Of a stretch of DNA of 64,000 nucleotides, positions 26,483 to 39,006 are shown piece by piece. Position numbers and translations under genes: made by a program. Below the pieces are notes generated by a model. It worked only from the letters and a program-made list of their open reading frames with translations. It searched no databases and had not been told where the DNA came from. The stretch is from Octopus vulgaris (taxonomy: Eukaryota). The DNA is taken from contig OX597818.1 of assembly GCA_951406725.2 (NCBI GenBank), forward strand, positions 25,296,001 through 25,360,000. The letters are read 5' to 3'. Position 1 is the first letter of the stretch. Each line of letters starts with the position of its first letter.

Positions 26483-28373
26483 CTATCCAAATTTGAATGA
26501 TGTTTAATTTTCTAATTATACCAAGCTAGATATATCAGATGATACATTCAGGTCATAAAAACAAATGGCTATCTTAATGATAAGAATTCAGTGTTATCTC
26601 ATTATTATTATATTTGTATTAGCATACACATGCTTACTCTTCTAATTTCAACTTCTGATGAAGAGTAAATTTATTTAACCTTACAATGTAGATAGTAATG
26701 GGAAGCAACGATAGTAACATTTCTTTTATTTTATGCTATCACGGCCTTTGTTAAGATTTTCCTATACTGTAATTGGAAGGAAAATTTAATATATGATGCT
26801 GTGCAAATGTTTCCAGATGATTCTGTACCCTTCATTTCATATATGATAAAGGTGCTCATGAAAAGACTACCTCCAAATTAACACTTGATAACTTTTCTCT
26901 CTTTTTAAGTATCAACCCTGTAATCTAGAGATTTGGAGCTTTCACATCTCCCTCAATGTCAAACCTTTCATCACCAATAATTATGTCACAGTAAATACAT
27001 AGCCTGTAATTTCATTACAAGGTAATTAAATTGCATGCCTAAACATCAACAATAAATTCATTGTCTTGCTTATTATGCATGAATGAAATCCATCACTATG
27101 CATTAAAGAGTGCTTAGGTTGCATTTCATTAACAGTAAAAAAGAAATTCAGACCAAAAAATTTTCTCCTAAATCTGAAATTTTTTAGGTTCCAAAAAAGG
27201 AACAATCAAGAAATGAAATTGTAACTGAACAGCATATTGCTGGTGTGGAATTTCTGTATTAGGAAAAGGAAAATATAAAAGTAGTGCATCGAGATGTCAA
27301 AGTATCGTCAATGAATTTCCAAATATCGCAAAATAACAGATTATTGAAGAGGCCTTACTCATTATTTGCTTTCTTAGAAGGTTTCTGCAAATTCAAAATA
27401 GTGTTGTCTATTTACTAATCCTAATTTTTTTCTTTTCTATTTTTAAAAGTGATTTTTGTTTTTCTTTTTATTTACGTTCTACCAATAAAAAAACATGATG
27501 AATTTACAAATATTGTATTTAGTATGGCAATTTTTTTACCAACAGTATATTGGTTCTTGATGTAATTACTTTATTATGAAATTATAGGTGATGTATTTGC
27601 CACAAAGAGTTTACAGTGATCCTGTCAGACCTTCTTAAATGTGATTCAAATTCTCTTTTTTCAAATCTTTAATAATGGAATAAATTATCAACAAATAGTT
27701 CCACAAAAATATATGTTTGCTTTTTTCATTGATTATAATTTTGGTTTCATTGAAGTTACCAACCTTACTGGTAACTTTTATACTATTCACAATGCCCAGA
27801 AAAATATTGAGATGGGTTGCTAAAACTCAATTAGTCAAAAGTATTTGATACAGTTAGCATCAAATACTTCTGATGTAAATTACATCTACTAAATCCCTTA
27901 CTTAGGGATGCATGTCCAAAGAAGACTATAAGAACTCCAGTTTACCTTACAGGCAGAATCAGCCATACATACGTTAGTACCTTCTTTGATTTATATGTTA
28001 TGTATTATCATAAACTAGGATGCTATATCTCCTACTTAATATTTTTTCTGTTAATAACTTTGTTGTTGACTTCCATAATTGTATCTGTTCATTCACAGAC
28101 ATTGTCAATTACTCTCTATTCTTTCATAAAGTTAAAGTAACTTAACACTGTTTTAATTATAAACTAAAAAATTCTGAAATATTGTGTTACACAAAATTTA
28201 CAAATAAGTATGTTATAAAAAGTACTTTAAATATTGTGTAACTGTTACTTTGGATACCTAATTGTTGCTATCAAAGTAATTGCAAAAATTGCAGATAGTA
28301 GATGGTGCTTCCTCTGAGCATTGTTTCTGAGGGAACTGTTTTTTCTTTAGGAAAATAAGTCTATATGATATAT

Positions 28374-28740
28374 TTTATCGTTTGTTTCAGTCATTAGACT
28401 GTGGACATGCTGGGGCAGCACCTTCAATTTTTAGTTGAATGAATTGACCACAGGAGTTATTTTTTAAGCCTGGTACTTATTCTATCAGTCTCTTTGCTGA
28501 ACTGCTAGATTACAGGGATGTAAACACACCCTGGTCATCAAGTGGTGATGGGGGTGGACAAACACAGACACACACACACACAGTGGGTTTCTTTCAGTTT
28601 CCGTCTTTCCATCTACCAAATCCATTCACAAGGCTTTGGTCGGCCTGAGGCTATAGTAGTAGACACTTGCCCAAGGTGCCACACAGTGGGACTGAACCCA
28701 CAACCGTGTGGTTGAGAAGCAAGCTTCTTACCGCACACCA
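28374..28740 (-). mobile_element. SINE family A, near full length
   Basis: Reverse complement of 17190-17668, including the tRNA-like head (gtgtgcggtaagaagcttgcttc..gggttcagtccc). Confidence 0.88.
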
Positions 28741-30091
28741 AAATTTAACTACTAGAACTTTTAACTTATAAGGAAATCATTGTCAAAAAGTTTTCTGAAC
28801 TTTTACAATTCAATTTAAATGGAAAGTATTGCACAACTTTGTACATGTATGAGTGCGCGTGCACACACACTTGATAGAAACAAACCCTTAAGTGTACTTT
28901 TACATGAATTCACAATGAAAAATTTTCATGATATTATAAAAAAATGGCGCATAAAAATGTAACCTATGCCAACCTGCTGGAAAAAGAATAAAGCACAAAG
29001 CAATTTTTTCTTGTGGTACTGACTGAATCCTTAAAAAATTGTTTGCTTATTAAATCTATTAAGTTTCAGCTATCAAATATAATCCATTTTTATATAACAT
29101 TCTTGCAAAATAAGCCAAATTCTTATCAAGATGGAAGTAAAATTTCAATGAAAATTAACTGAAAATTTATGCATTAAATTCAAGCCAACTAGAGAAAGTA
29201 AATGATGAGAAGTTATAAGTTTTTTCTCTTTAGAGGTTTTGGACTCTGTCATTTAGCACTGAAGTTAAGTAACATGCTTCACTTACTTTTTAAAAATGTT
29301 TACGTTTATATAAGTGAACAGGAATTCTTTTATTTCTTTACACAAGTCAGTTTGCCTTAGAAATAAAAAAAATTTGCTGTATGGGAGAAAATTGTTGGCT
29401 TTTGCTTATGACATGTTTAAGCAGTTCCAACTGGGAATTGAAATTAAGCTCAGTTTCATGAGGCCACACAATTGCACCATAGTGCTTATTACTTCATAAA
29501 TGGAAAATGGCGTATACTGTTTAACAATACACATCCAAAATTTCAATATTTATATAATAACCTACAAAAACAGAAAGCTTGGAAATTAATGTTATGAACT
29601 AGAGCAATAAGGTATTATTTTACAATTTTCTAAATATACTTCATATTCATCAGTATTTACTTTATTGTTGAGAAATTTATGGTCTATATTCAACTGTAAA
29701 TGGCTTAACATTTGTATCTATATGCATTTGTTTTGAAAATTAGTTTTTAGGTAACTAGACATTTTTTCTTTTTTTTTTTGTCTTTTGGAATAGTTTCCAT
29801 TGTGTGAAGCGATAGTATTTAAATCTTGCTTGCTGGTGAACTTCTTCATCTGATGATAAACTTTTTTTTTATTTTTGAAGATTAAAATCAAAACTAGTAA
29901 AAAGAATTTTCATATTTGTTTCAAATAAATTTGTTAGCCTATGAAGTATTAAGTCTACGTGGAACTCTGATGTTTGTAGTATTTTGATCAGTTGCAAGGC
30001 CAGTTTTATTTCAGTATATTACTGGTAGATATTTAACTGAGTATAGAAGTATGAAGAGGAATGTTGACAATTAGATATGGTAGTCATTGTA

Positions 30092-30340
30092 ATCATCATT
30101 GTTTAACGTCTGCTTTCCATGCTGGCATAGGTTGGATGTTTTGCCTGAGGACTGGCAAGCCAGGAGACTGCACAAGCTCCAATAGTATGTATTGTAAGAT
30201 ATTTAGTTTGGTGCTCCACACTTTCAGATACTTCTTCTATAGCTGTTATTTGTAATGATGAAAGGTGTTCATCACTAATGATTTTAGCCCATGCAAACAT
30301 GGTAAACTGAACATTAATATGATGATGTTGATGGTGATGA
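30092..30340. mobile_element. Two SINE B / RTE tail fragments in opposite orientation
   Basis: catcattgtttaacgtctgctttccatgctggc (minus, 30092-30180) and cccatgcaaacatgg..aacattaatatgatgatg (plus, 30287-30340). Confidence 0.65.
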
Positions 30341-32294
30341 TTCATATAATTTACCTCTATGTTGCCTTGTTTCCAACATCTGCATTATTACTCTCTTTAT
30401 CAGCTTTTAAAATCCTTTTGGTGTTGTGATCTGAATTGTCATGATTTTTATTATTTCTTTTTATTTTCTGCAAAATCAGATTTTGTTAATATTATTTAAA
30501 AATAGAAAATGCTAGAAATTAAACCATTATGCAAAACTGGAACATAGAATTCTTCAGGCTATTAAGACTTTGAAATTTTCACAGAATTGCTTTCTAGAAG
30601 TTTTCATAATAACAACACCCAATAAAATAAATTTTTCAGAATAGTAACCGCATAGTTAAATATGAATGAAGAAAAACAAAGATCTCCAGTCATCATTATC
30701 ATCATTCTATCTATGTACACATCAGTGGATGTGTATATAGTCCCAGACTGGTTTTGAAATATCATGTATACACCTAGGAATATGACAAAGATGAAACACA
30801 TTGAAACCTCATTTAGAAGTAAACATTTAAAAGATGTCTCATTTCTATTGATGAGATTAATAGCTTGAAAATTAATAATCTTATTACTTTGAACATTTAC
30901 TTTACCCAATTTCTTTTAGTTCTTTTAGGTACTAATTGTTGATATACCAAATTATTTTGCTTTTTAGGTACTCTTAGTTATTAAAGTGAATACTATGTAA
31001 ACGAACATTTTTACTGTTTTCAAACATGAAGCTAATGACTAAAGTTCTTTTATTTAGCAAAACAATTGCAGTCATTAGTTACACTTTCCACACTAAGTTG
31101 GTAAAGAGGACAATTTTCTTTGTTTCCATGAATTAGAGATGTTGATACATACTTGACTGCATGTATCCTGTATATAAGAAATATGTTGGAAAAGTATATT
31201 AGTCAAATTTGGCACAGAAGGCACATGGGTATAGCCTTAAGTAGGTAATCATTCTGGTATTACAGTTATATACTCTATTGATAGACAGTATTATTGTTAA
31301 GAGGAATGATAAAATCATTAAAAATAGACTTACGATAAGCAACATGGCAGCAGCTGAAAGCTCTCTCCATATACTCTGCAAACTGAAGAAACCTATGCAG
31401 ATGGACCAGTTCCTGGTACAAAGTTTTTGTACCACTACCTCATAGATATATGACTGGGATATGGTAAATATACCAGGGTATAATTAGTCATAGTAAAGCA
31501 TCATGATGTATTCACTCTGATGCAGGGAAGCTATGGCCCTGTTATTAAGACAGAAGAATTACATTTTTGTGTGTTTTGAAATGTTAAGAAACTAATGTCT
31601 CTTGCACAAACTCCAGAAAGCCAGCTGATAATAATGGAAAACATGAAGGCCAAAATGCTTTTGTGATAGCTAATTTTCATATAATGCTAGCAAACATTTA
31701 AGTAGACTGTAGGGAAGAGCATAGAGTACATTTGAGCATGCCTAAGGGTCAATGTACTGTAAACTATTGACCAGTTCTGTAGCTGGGGTAATATCACAGT
31801 ATGTATCATAACATTGGAGTAGCATATTACATTTGGCCCTAAGAGAAATGGAGCAGGTTTAGAAGTAATAAAGAAAAAGACACAATTCATAGAATAATAG
31901 ACAAAAGTTAGGTATGTCTAACAAGAAATGCAGCCAGAAAAAGATTCCTTGATGTCCTGAAAGAAGAGAAATGTTTTGAATTGATTAATTTGATCACAGA
32001 AATATGTTGCCATTGGAGGTTACTTGCAGTAAGGATTAACTTATTCTTGAAAGTGTTTAGGTCACATCAGAGAATAGTGGATCTCAAAGGGATAGAGAAC
32101 TGATATACGGAAATTGTCACCAAGGAAATATATATTAAAACAATGATGATTCCTGTATATTTTAGTTTAAATGATATAATGATTTGCTGGATAAATGAAT
32201 AAATAAGAATACAGAATTGTACATTCTGTTTAATGTTTTACCTACCATCATGTAGGTAATGAATGGATAAACTACTGGTGTTTGACATATTCCT

Positions 32295-32655
32295 TTTATT
32301 CCTTTTACTTATTTCAGTCATTAGATTGCAGCCATGCTGGGATACTGCTTTGAAGAATTTTTAGTCAAATGTATCAATCCTAGTATTTATATTTTTTTAA
32401 AGCCTGGTACTTATTCTATTGGTTCTTTTGCCAAACCACTAAATTACAGGGATATAAACACACCAACACTGGCTGTCAAGCAGTGGGGGGGGGGGGTGCA
32501 GAAAGAGAGAGAGAGAGAGGCCCACACAAACACACGCACACACACGGCAGGCTTCTTTCAGTTTCCATTTACTAGACCTACTCACAAGGCTTTGATCAGC
32601 CCAAACCATGTTGTTGGGAAACAATCTTCTTACCACATGGCCACGTCTGTACCTA
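32295..32655 (-). mobile_element. SINE family A with internal deletion
   Basis: Matches 28374-28740. Confidence 0.82.
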
Positions 32656-32739
32656 TATGATGATGATTGTGTTTGTGTGTATATGGATGTTTCATTTTAT
32701 ATCCACTTCCAAGTACTAGCATGAACTGGGCAGGTTATC

Positions 32740-33197
32740 ATAGCCCAAGTCAGTTCTTTACATAACTACCCTCCTACATTTCATATTCGGCATGGTTTCA
32801 ATGGTGGTCGCCCTTCCTAACACCAGCCACTTTACAAAGTATATTGGGTAAATCTTATTGTGGTACCAGTACTATAAAAATTATTTTACCTTTGGCAAGA
32901 GTAGTGTCTTCTCTACCCTATACTGTTTCTGCTTGTTCAAGGTAACCTGACTGAAAGGATGAATAGAAGAGACAGTCAACGTGGAGAAATCGGGATGAAC
33001 GTATGAAGCAGAGTGATGGTAATGAGAGAGTTCTTGAAGGGAGTTGTTGTTAGTTGTTGGCAGGTGTTGAATAGGAAAATAGTGTGAGTGGCATGATGTA
33101 AGGCAAGAGTTATAGGAAGGAGACAGGATGATGTTAAAGAAGTGAAAGAGAGTAATGAATGTCAACAATCAGTGACAGAGAAAAGAATTGTGTGTAT

Positions 33198-33244
<47 letters not shown>

Positions 33245-34020
33245 AGTGATGAGTAGTCAGAAAGATGGCTGATGTTGAGAGAGTGAGTAAACACAGGTAA
33301 TGGTAAGAGTGATAGTGCTCCATAATGATGAGGTAAGGAATAATAAAAGAGAGAATGATGGTTAGTAATAAAGAAGGGTGGTGTTATGGACAGTTGAAAC
33401 AAATAGATCCTTAATTATACTGACAGTGTGGCAAGAAAAAGAAGTCATAGATGAAGGTAGAAGATTGGATGTAGGCAGACATAATGTCATCTCTCATTAA
33501 ACAGGAAGCATGATAGATGAGGGTATGAAAGAGAAGGAAGATGGAAACTTCACAAAAACATAAAAGGCAAGAGACCCAGGTGTAGATTTATATGCCATTT
33601 TCAGTTACCAGCAACACCAGTTTCCTATCCATTTTCACCAAGTATGTATAGGCCAGCATTCTGCAGTGCAACATTTTCAGTACATGAGATTTAGCTGTTT
33701 GAGGTCAGTCTTCATTTTGGCTTATGTTTTCCTAGCTCTCCCATTTTTTACAGGTTCCATCCACTTTGAAAGCTTGGCACTTCTTTATCCAACTCGTGCA
33801 TCAACTGTCCATATCAGCTCAGTCTTCTCTCTTACATATGTCTGGTTCTTCTTATATCTAGTTTTTTTCCTCTTGGTTCACTGGTTCTCCATCATTCATG
33901 CACACTAGCATTACACATTCTACATAGCATGCTTGCTTCACCCCTTTACTGCCTTCACTTCTACATTCAAGGCACCCTTACCACTACATCACACTTAGTA
34001 CACAAACATTGTACAATCTG
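32740..34020 (-). mobile_element. Highly degraded RTE LINE 3' portion
   Basis: Same order of parts as 4158-5100: tail remnant (gcccttcctaacaccagccactttac), purine-rich 3' UTR complement, then RT C-terminal remnants at 33660-34020. Confidence 0.5.
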
Positions 34021-35127
34021 CTGGGTGCGTGTGTGTATTTACATTATGCTACGGGTGCTTGCATAAAAAAGCAATAACACAACAGAAAATTTAATACATA
34101 TAGGAAAATGAAATGTATTAAATGATAAAGTCTATATGTGATAACACATTATGACTTGGTAGTATACATAGGAGTGCTGCAAAGTCATCGGTCAATCAAA
34201 ATACCTCAGTGTCTAGCTCTAATATCAGCTACATATATGATTTATATGGTAAAGAACATAACTCATTACATATATTACTCGGGATAAGTTATTTGAGTTA
34301 ATTAAAAGTAAACTTTGTAGTAGTAAATTTGGAAAAGTTAAGTTGAAATCATGAAAATATTGATGAGTATATTAAATATCTTGCTTTACTGGCAAAGGAT
34401 TGATGGTGTATAGAGATTGGAAATTTCATTTTGGGATAAAATTGAAAATAGAGAGTACCACTGCTCTTGGTAAATAGTTAAGTATTGATTCTTTCAATCA
34501 AGCTTTGATATAATCTTCCAATCTTTTAGTAGATACTTAGTAGTGACATTTGGTAAAGATTTAATTTGACATTTTGAAAGTCTGTGGATTTATTGAGTAT
34601 GAGGCTCGTTCCAGTTATGTATAACCCTCAACATTTTGTGCCATTTTTTTTTATATGGTCTTGGTCTCGGTCTCTCAAGGATGTATCTACTTGATTTCAA
34701 ATGTAGTAGCATGTTCTTTCAAATACCAGACGCAATAATTCCTTTATTTCTGAAGAAAGAAGTCTGGTTAAAGTATACCTCCTATATTACCTACATAGTG
34801 TTTAAGCATAATGTTTGAGTGTGATTTGGTGGAGGTGATTTCTCTCTCGTAGATAATCATTTCAGCATTACATGACTAAGTAGGGCATGCATTATTTCTA
34901 TTGAAATAGTTCTTGGCATTGGTTGTTGAGTAGAAATGTTTATTAATGCTTATTGGTGGTTGAGAAGAAATGTTTATTAATGCTATGAAATTTTTAGCAA
35001 TGTTAGACTTAGTATTTAAAGAGAAGAAATCTGTAAATCAGATAATGTTGCAGAATCTCTTTCTATTGGATGGGAGTGGTAATTTGGAGTTAAGGTGTAA
35101 CTTGACTCCAAATTAACTCAAATTTGG

Positions 35128-35305
35128 ATTTGACATGTAAAAGTACCCATTACACTTTCGAAGTGGTTGGCATTAGGAAGGGCATCAAACTGTAGAAATT
35201 GTCAAATCAGACTGGAGTCTGGTGCAGCTTTCCAGTTGGCCAGTTCTGGTCAAAACCACCAACCCATGCCAGCATGGACAACAGAAGTTAAATGATGATG
35301 ATCAT
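35128..35305 (+). mobile_element. SINE family B 3' part
   Basis: Matches 12272-12449. Confidence 0.82.
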
Positions 35306-36582
35306 GAAACACACACACACACACACACATATTTGTAGTATAAGATGTGGATTCAGAGAGTCAAATGATTATGGAATTTCTGCTTACGACACCAACCAGA
35401 CCACATGGCACTGACAACCAAGTGAAATGTGATAGATAGTGAAGAGTGATGTAAGGTAGTACTAGTAAAGCAAGGAAATGAAACAAAAAGTAAGGAAGTA
35501 AGAGAAAGGAGAAACAAGAAAAAGCAAGAGAAACTGGGTCCATGTTAATCTGCCATACTATGGGGAAAATACTAAAGACAGTTTAGAAACTCAGTGAAGA
35601 AGTCATGCTTTTCTGTCAGCATCATTAAGTGAGGTCATGCCATTAGATAATACCTGTTAAACAACAGTCACAAATTCAACCATCATTCTGCCCCAATCAG
35701 ATTTTCTAATCCATGCCTAATCAAAGTAACCTACTCCTTAACTCTCATACTACCTCTACCACCTGTTATTGAAACCAACTCCATCAATTCTTTGCTGACT
35801 CTTTTTTTGAGGAAAATGTACTTCATCTCTTCCTCACTCAAGAAAGTTAATTGGATCTTCTCTTAGGTCTGTCTTTTAACGTCTTTCACAATTTAAGCCT
35901 ATTACTTTCAAGTCTGCTCTACAGGTAAAGAACAGTGTTACAACACAATGAATAAAATGCTTGTCATCATCAGCCTTGAGGTAACCTCCCCCTCCCTATT
36001 GCTATGCAGACACTCACCTTCTCAGTTAAATTACAACTTGGCTTTCTTGTGCTATGTAAGAACTTTGAAGATCCAACCAAGATGTTTTTGCAAGCAAGAT
36101 TTCTGCAAATAAAGCTGCAAACTTTGTTGCTAATTTCTTCCCAATCTGACACTGGACATGCACTAACATATCCAGGCAGTTCTATACTTAAGAGATGAGG
36201 AATTATGTACATTATTTACATTCGACGGATATTTGTCCTTATCTTGTTTGTTGTTAACACAACATTTAATGTTATTGAACACAACGTTTAACATTGACAA
36301 ACATTGCAAAGCTGTGACACAAAGAGATATTGATAAATCAGGTATAGCTGATCATGTATGGAAAAATGGAGACCACTTCCCCCTGTGGGATGAAGTGAAA
36401 ATAATAGACAGAGAACACCACTGGAAAATATGAAAACTAAAAGAAGCAGCACCTATGCTAGGACACAACAACCTCCTAAGCAGACCGAGTGCAGATATGA
36501 GCAGCATATGGGAACCAGTATTAAGGAAGGATAGGAAAATATTAGATTTATAAGCCCTAAAATTCACTCCATAATTACCCAC

Positions 36583-36657
36583 GGGCATATGTCGTAGTGG
36601 TTAAGAGAGCGGGCTACTAACCCCAAGATTCTGAGTTTGATTCCAAGCAGTAGCTTG
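36583..36657 (+). pseudogene. tRNA-like segment (Pol III A/B boxes) inside the PLE 3' region
   Basis: A-box-like tgtcgtagtggttaag, anticodon-like arm ggg-CTACTAA-ccc and B-box-like gagtttgattcc. The acceptor stem is poor, so it is not a functional tRNA. Confidence 0.7.
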
Positions 36658-36726
36658 AACAATAATAATAATAACAACATCGAAAAATACCTTAGGAATG
36701 AGAACCCAGGTTCAAAATTTCCCCAA

Positions 36727-36769
36727 GACACCTGAAGAATGCTTGAGGGTATATCAGTCGAAACATGTT
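36727..36769 (+). ncRNA. Degenerate minimal type I hammerhead ribozyme motif
   Basis: GACAC-CTGAAGA-A-[imperfect stem II]-GAAAC. The inverted copy at 36277-36289 preserves AAACGTT-GTGTT, which would close stem I with GACAC. Confidence 0.6.
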
Positions 36770-37355
36770 AACAAAAACAAGATGAGGACAAATATCCGTT
36801 GAATGTAAATAATGTATACCCAGGCAGCTCTGAATATGTGCCTACATGCATGTGTGTGTGTGCACATGCTTGCAACCCCCCACCCCCCACCCCAATTTCT
36901 TTTCTTGAACTTGTTTACCCCACCACTGAAAGCAAAATTTATTCAGTTACTATAATTCAACAATACAACTGGTTTCTTGGTGACCCAACCCTTTCAAGCG
37001 GCACACTCCTAAACTAACTCCTATCTTTGTCAGACTCTTCGATTTGGATATCATAATTTATGGAAATATATAATTCGTACTTCTGAAAGAAGGCAACTTT
37101 TCTGATTCCACCAATTCCCGACCTGTCACTTTTAATTCCTACATCTTAAGTATTGGAAACAGCCATTGACTACCAGTATGGCTTCTATAGAGTCACTTCT
37201 GGGGGATCTTCTTTAGTAAGAGAACTTAATATCACTTTTGTATCATTCAAGCAGTTTACCCTCTCTAGCCATTGGCTGGTCTCAAATCATCTGATGTTCC
37301 TTATCCACTTGTCAGAAATTTATCAAATGCCTAGCTGATGTTTTTCTACTTACTA

Positions 37356-38148
37356 CTAGCAGCATAGCCCGGCGTTGCCCGGGTATGTAAGAAACTTTGT
37401 CGATAAGCAATGCCCTTTACCTTTTTACCCTCTTTTGTACTCATTGAACCGTTATTTTGTAAAATGAAGCCTAAAAGGCATTAAGGCATTCAAGGCACCG
37501 TTCCTTTGCATGCATGAAGAAAATCTATGACAGTCAAAGTGCATTTTCTGGTTTTGTTTAGCACACCCAACCCAGTTCTTAAACTATCGCAGAAAAATCG
37601 GTTTGCTATGTGTGCCACATTTGATGTAATTAACCGATTTTTTCCAGTAATAACGTATCCTGTTGGAATCAAAAGGGCCATATAGCTCCTTGGAGTAGAC
37701 ATGATGCTCGCTGTGAATTTCAAAAAAAAATTCCTGCCAATTTGTTAAAGATATTGTCGAAAATTGCGATTTCCCCAAATGACATGATTTTATCGATTTT
37801 TTTTCTGATAGTAAGGTATTGCATGGAAAACTAACGTCAGAATTAAGTTTCTTAGGGTAATATTAAACTTCACTGTGAGTCTGGTGAAAATCGATTGCAA
37901 GTTGCAAAAACTACAGCGGAAAATGTGTTGCATATGATAAACTTAGATTCTCGACCCCACGTCAAATTTATCGATTTTTTTCAGAACTGGAGGGACTTTT
38001 CAAAATTTTCGCTGCGTTAATTTTGAATTATGACATTGGGCTATGTGTGTGTCAAGTTTCATCAGAATCAGTTGAAAGCCGTGGTCAGGGTGAGGGTACA
38101 ACCTGACAGACACACAGACAGACAAACTGCCTTTTATATATAGAGAGA
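37356..38148 (-). mobile_element. Non-autonomous Helitron
   Basis: Minus strand starts 5'-TC (tctctctatatataaaa) and ends CCCGG-gcaacg-CCGGG hairpin, 8 nt, CTAG-3'. Inserted between A and T with no TSD. Confidence 0.9.
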
Positions 38149-38414
38149 TGTCTGGCCACTTCATATTAATCTTCAGAGCGTCTTATAATTTAGTCCCTCT
38201 TCTAAGTCCATTTACTTCATCTCACTTTAATTGATTCTATAAAAATACTTCTTTTTTCTCTATTTTTATGAAAATGATCTTAACAGCTTTTAAAAAAGGT
38301 AAACTGATGAAATTCAAATATTCTACATACAGAATATTTGGGCACTATCTTGGATTCCTGAAAGTTTCATAGTTCCAAGTATAAAGAGTATGTGATCTTT
38401 GGTTGGGGGTAGTT

Positions 38415-39006
38415 ATCTTCTACCTTTTGACCTACAGATTTAAAAAATAATTTTTTGTAACTAAATACTTTCAAACTTCGGACACTGGTAGAATGTGTCA
38501 TATAAAACATCTTTTACTCTTAGCGTTTTTGAGAAAAGTTTATATTTACGAAGTTATTTCATGTTAAAGTTCTCGTATTTCGATAATTTCAACCAATCAG
38601 TGACGTGTATTCAGCTGAATAAAATTACTGCCGTTTGTCAACAACAGCTATTGGCGGTGTATTTTTCATTTGTCACTGTTATTTATGACATTGTTCGTGC
38701 ATTTGTACTGGTTTTAAGGTGTTAGGGTTGTCATAAATAACAGTGACAAATGAAATATACACCGCCGGAAGTTCTTGTTGACAAACAACAGCAGTAATTT
38801 TATTCAGCTGAATACACGTCATTGATTGGTTGAAATTACCGAAATAGGACAGTTTTAACGTGAAATAACTTTGTAAATATAAGTTTTTCTCAAAAATGCT
38901 AAGAGTAAAAGATGTTTTGTATGACACATTTTACCAGTGTCTGAAGTTTGAAAGTGTTCAGTTACAAAAAATTATTTTTTAAATCTGTAGGTCAAAAGAT
39001 AAAGAT
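38415..39006. mobile_element. Foldback / long-TIR non-autonomous DNA element
   Basis: 38415-38690 and 38729-39006 are ~275 bp inverted repeats with a 38 bp spacer. The mirror-image ORFs 38495+ and 38927- are a by-product. Confidence 0.92.

Larger units (their letters stand above)
36179..36816 (+). mobile_element. 5'-truncated Penelope-like element remnant: inverted pLTR fragment, GIY-YIG C-terminus and pLTR
   Basis: 36299-36553 encodes HCKAV..SGIADHVWKNGDHFPLWDEVKIIDREHHWKI*KLKEA..IWEPVL, the C-terminal half of a PLE GIY-YIG endonuclease. 36208-36259 is the reverse complement of 36766-36816. A 14/16 direct repeat flanks it (36168-36183 and 36816-36831). Confidence 0.82.

Noticed and set aside
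31200-32100. Possible ancient minus-strand LINE remnant (ILPQLQNWSIV resembling IRPxLEYxSxVW); similar hints at 14400-15200
   Set aside because: Too degenerate to support by eye; needs a profile-HMM search.
36583-36657. Functional tRNA-Ser(ACT) gene
   Set aside because: Acceptor and T stems do not pair well and there is no long Ser variable arm; kept only as tRNA-like.
38495-38927. Pair of similar convergent ORFs (MSYKTSFTLS..) resembling a duplicated gene
   Set aside because: They are the two arms of the foldback element and show no protein motif.
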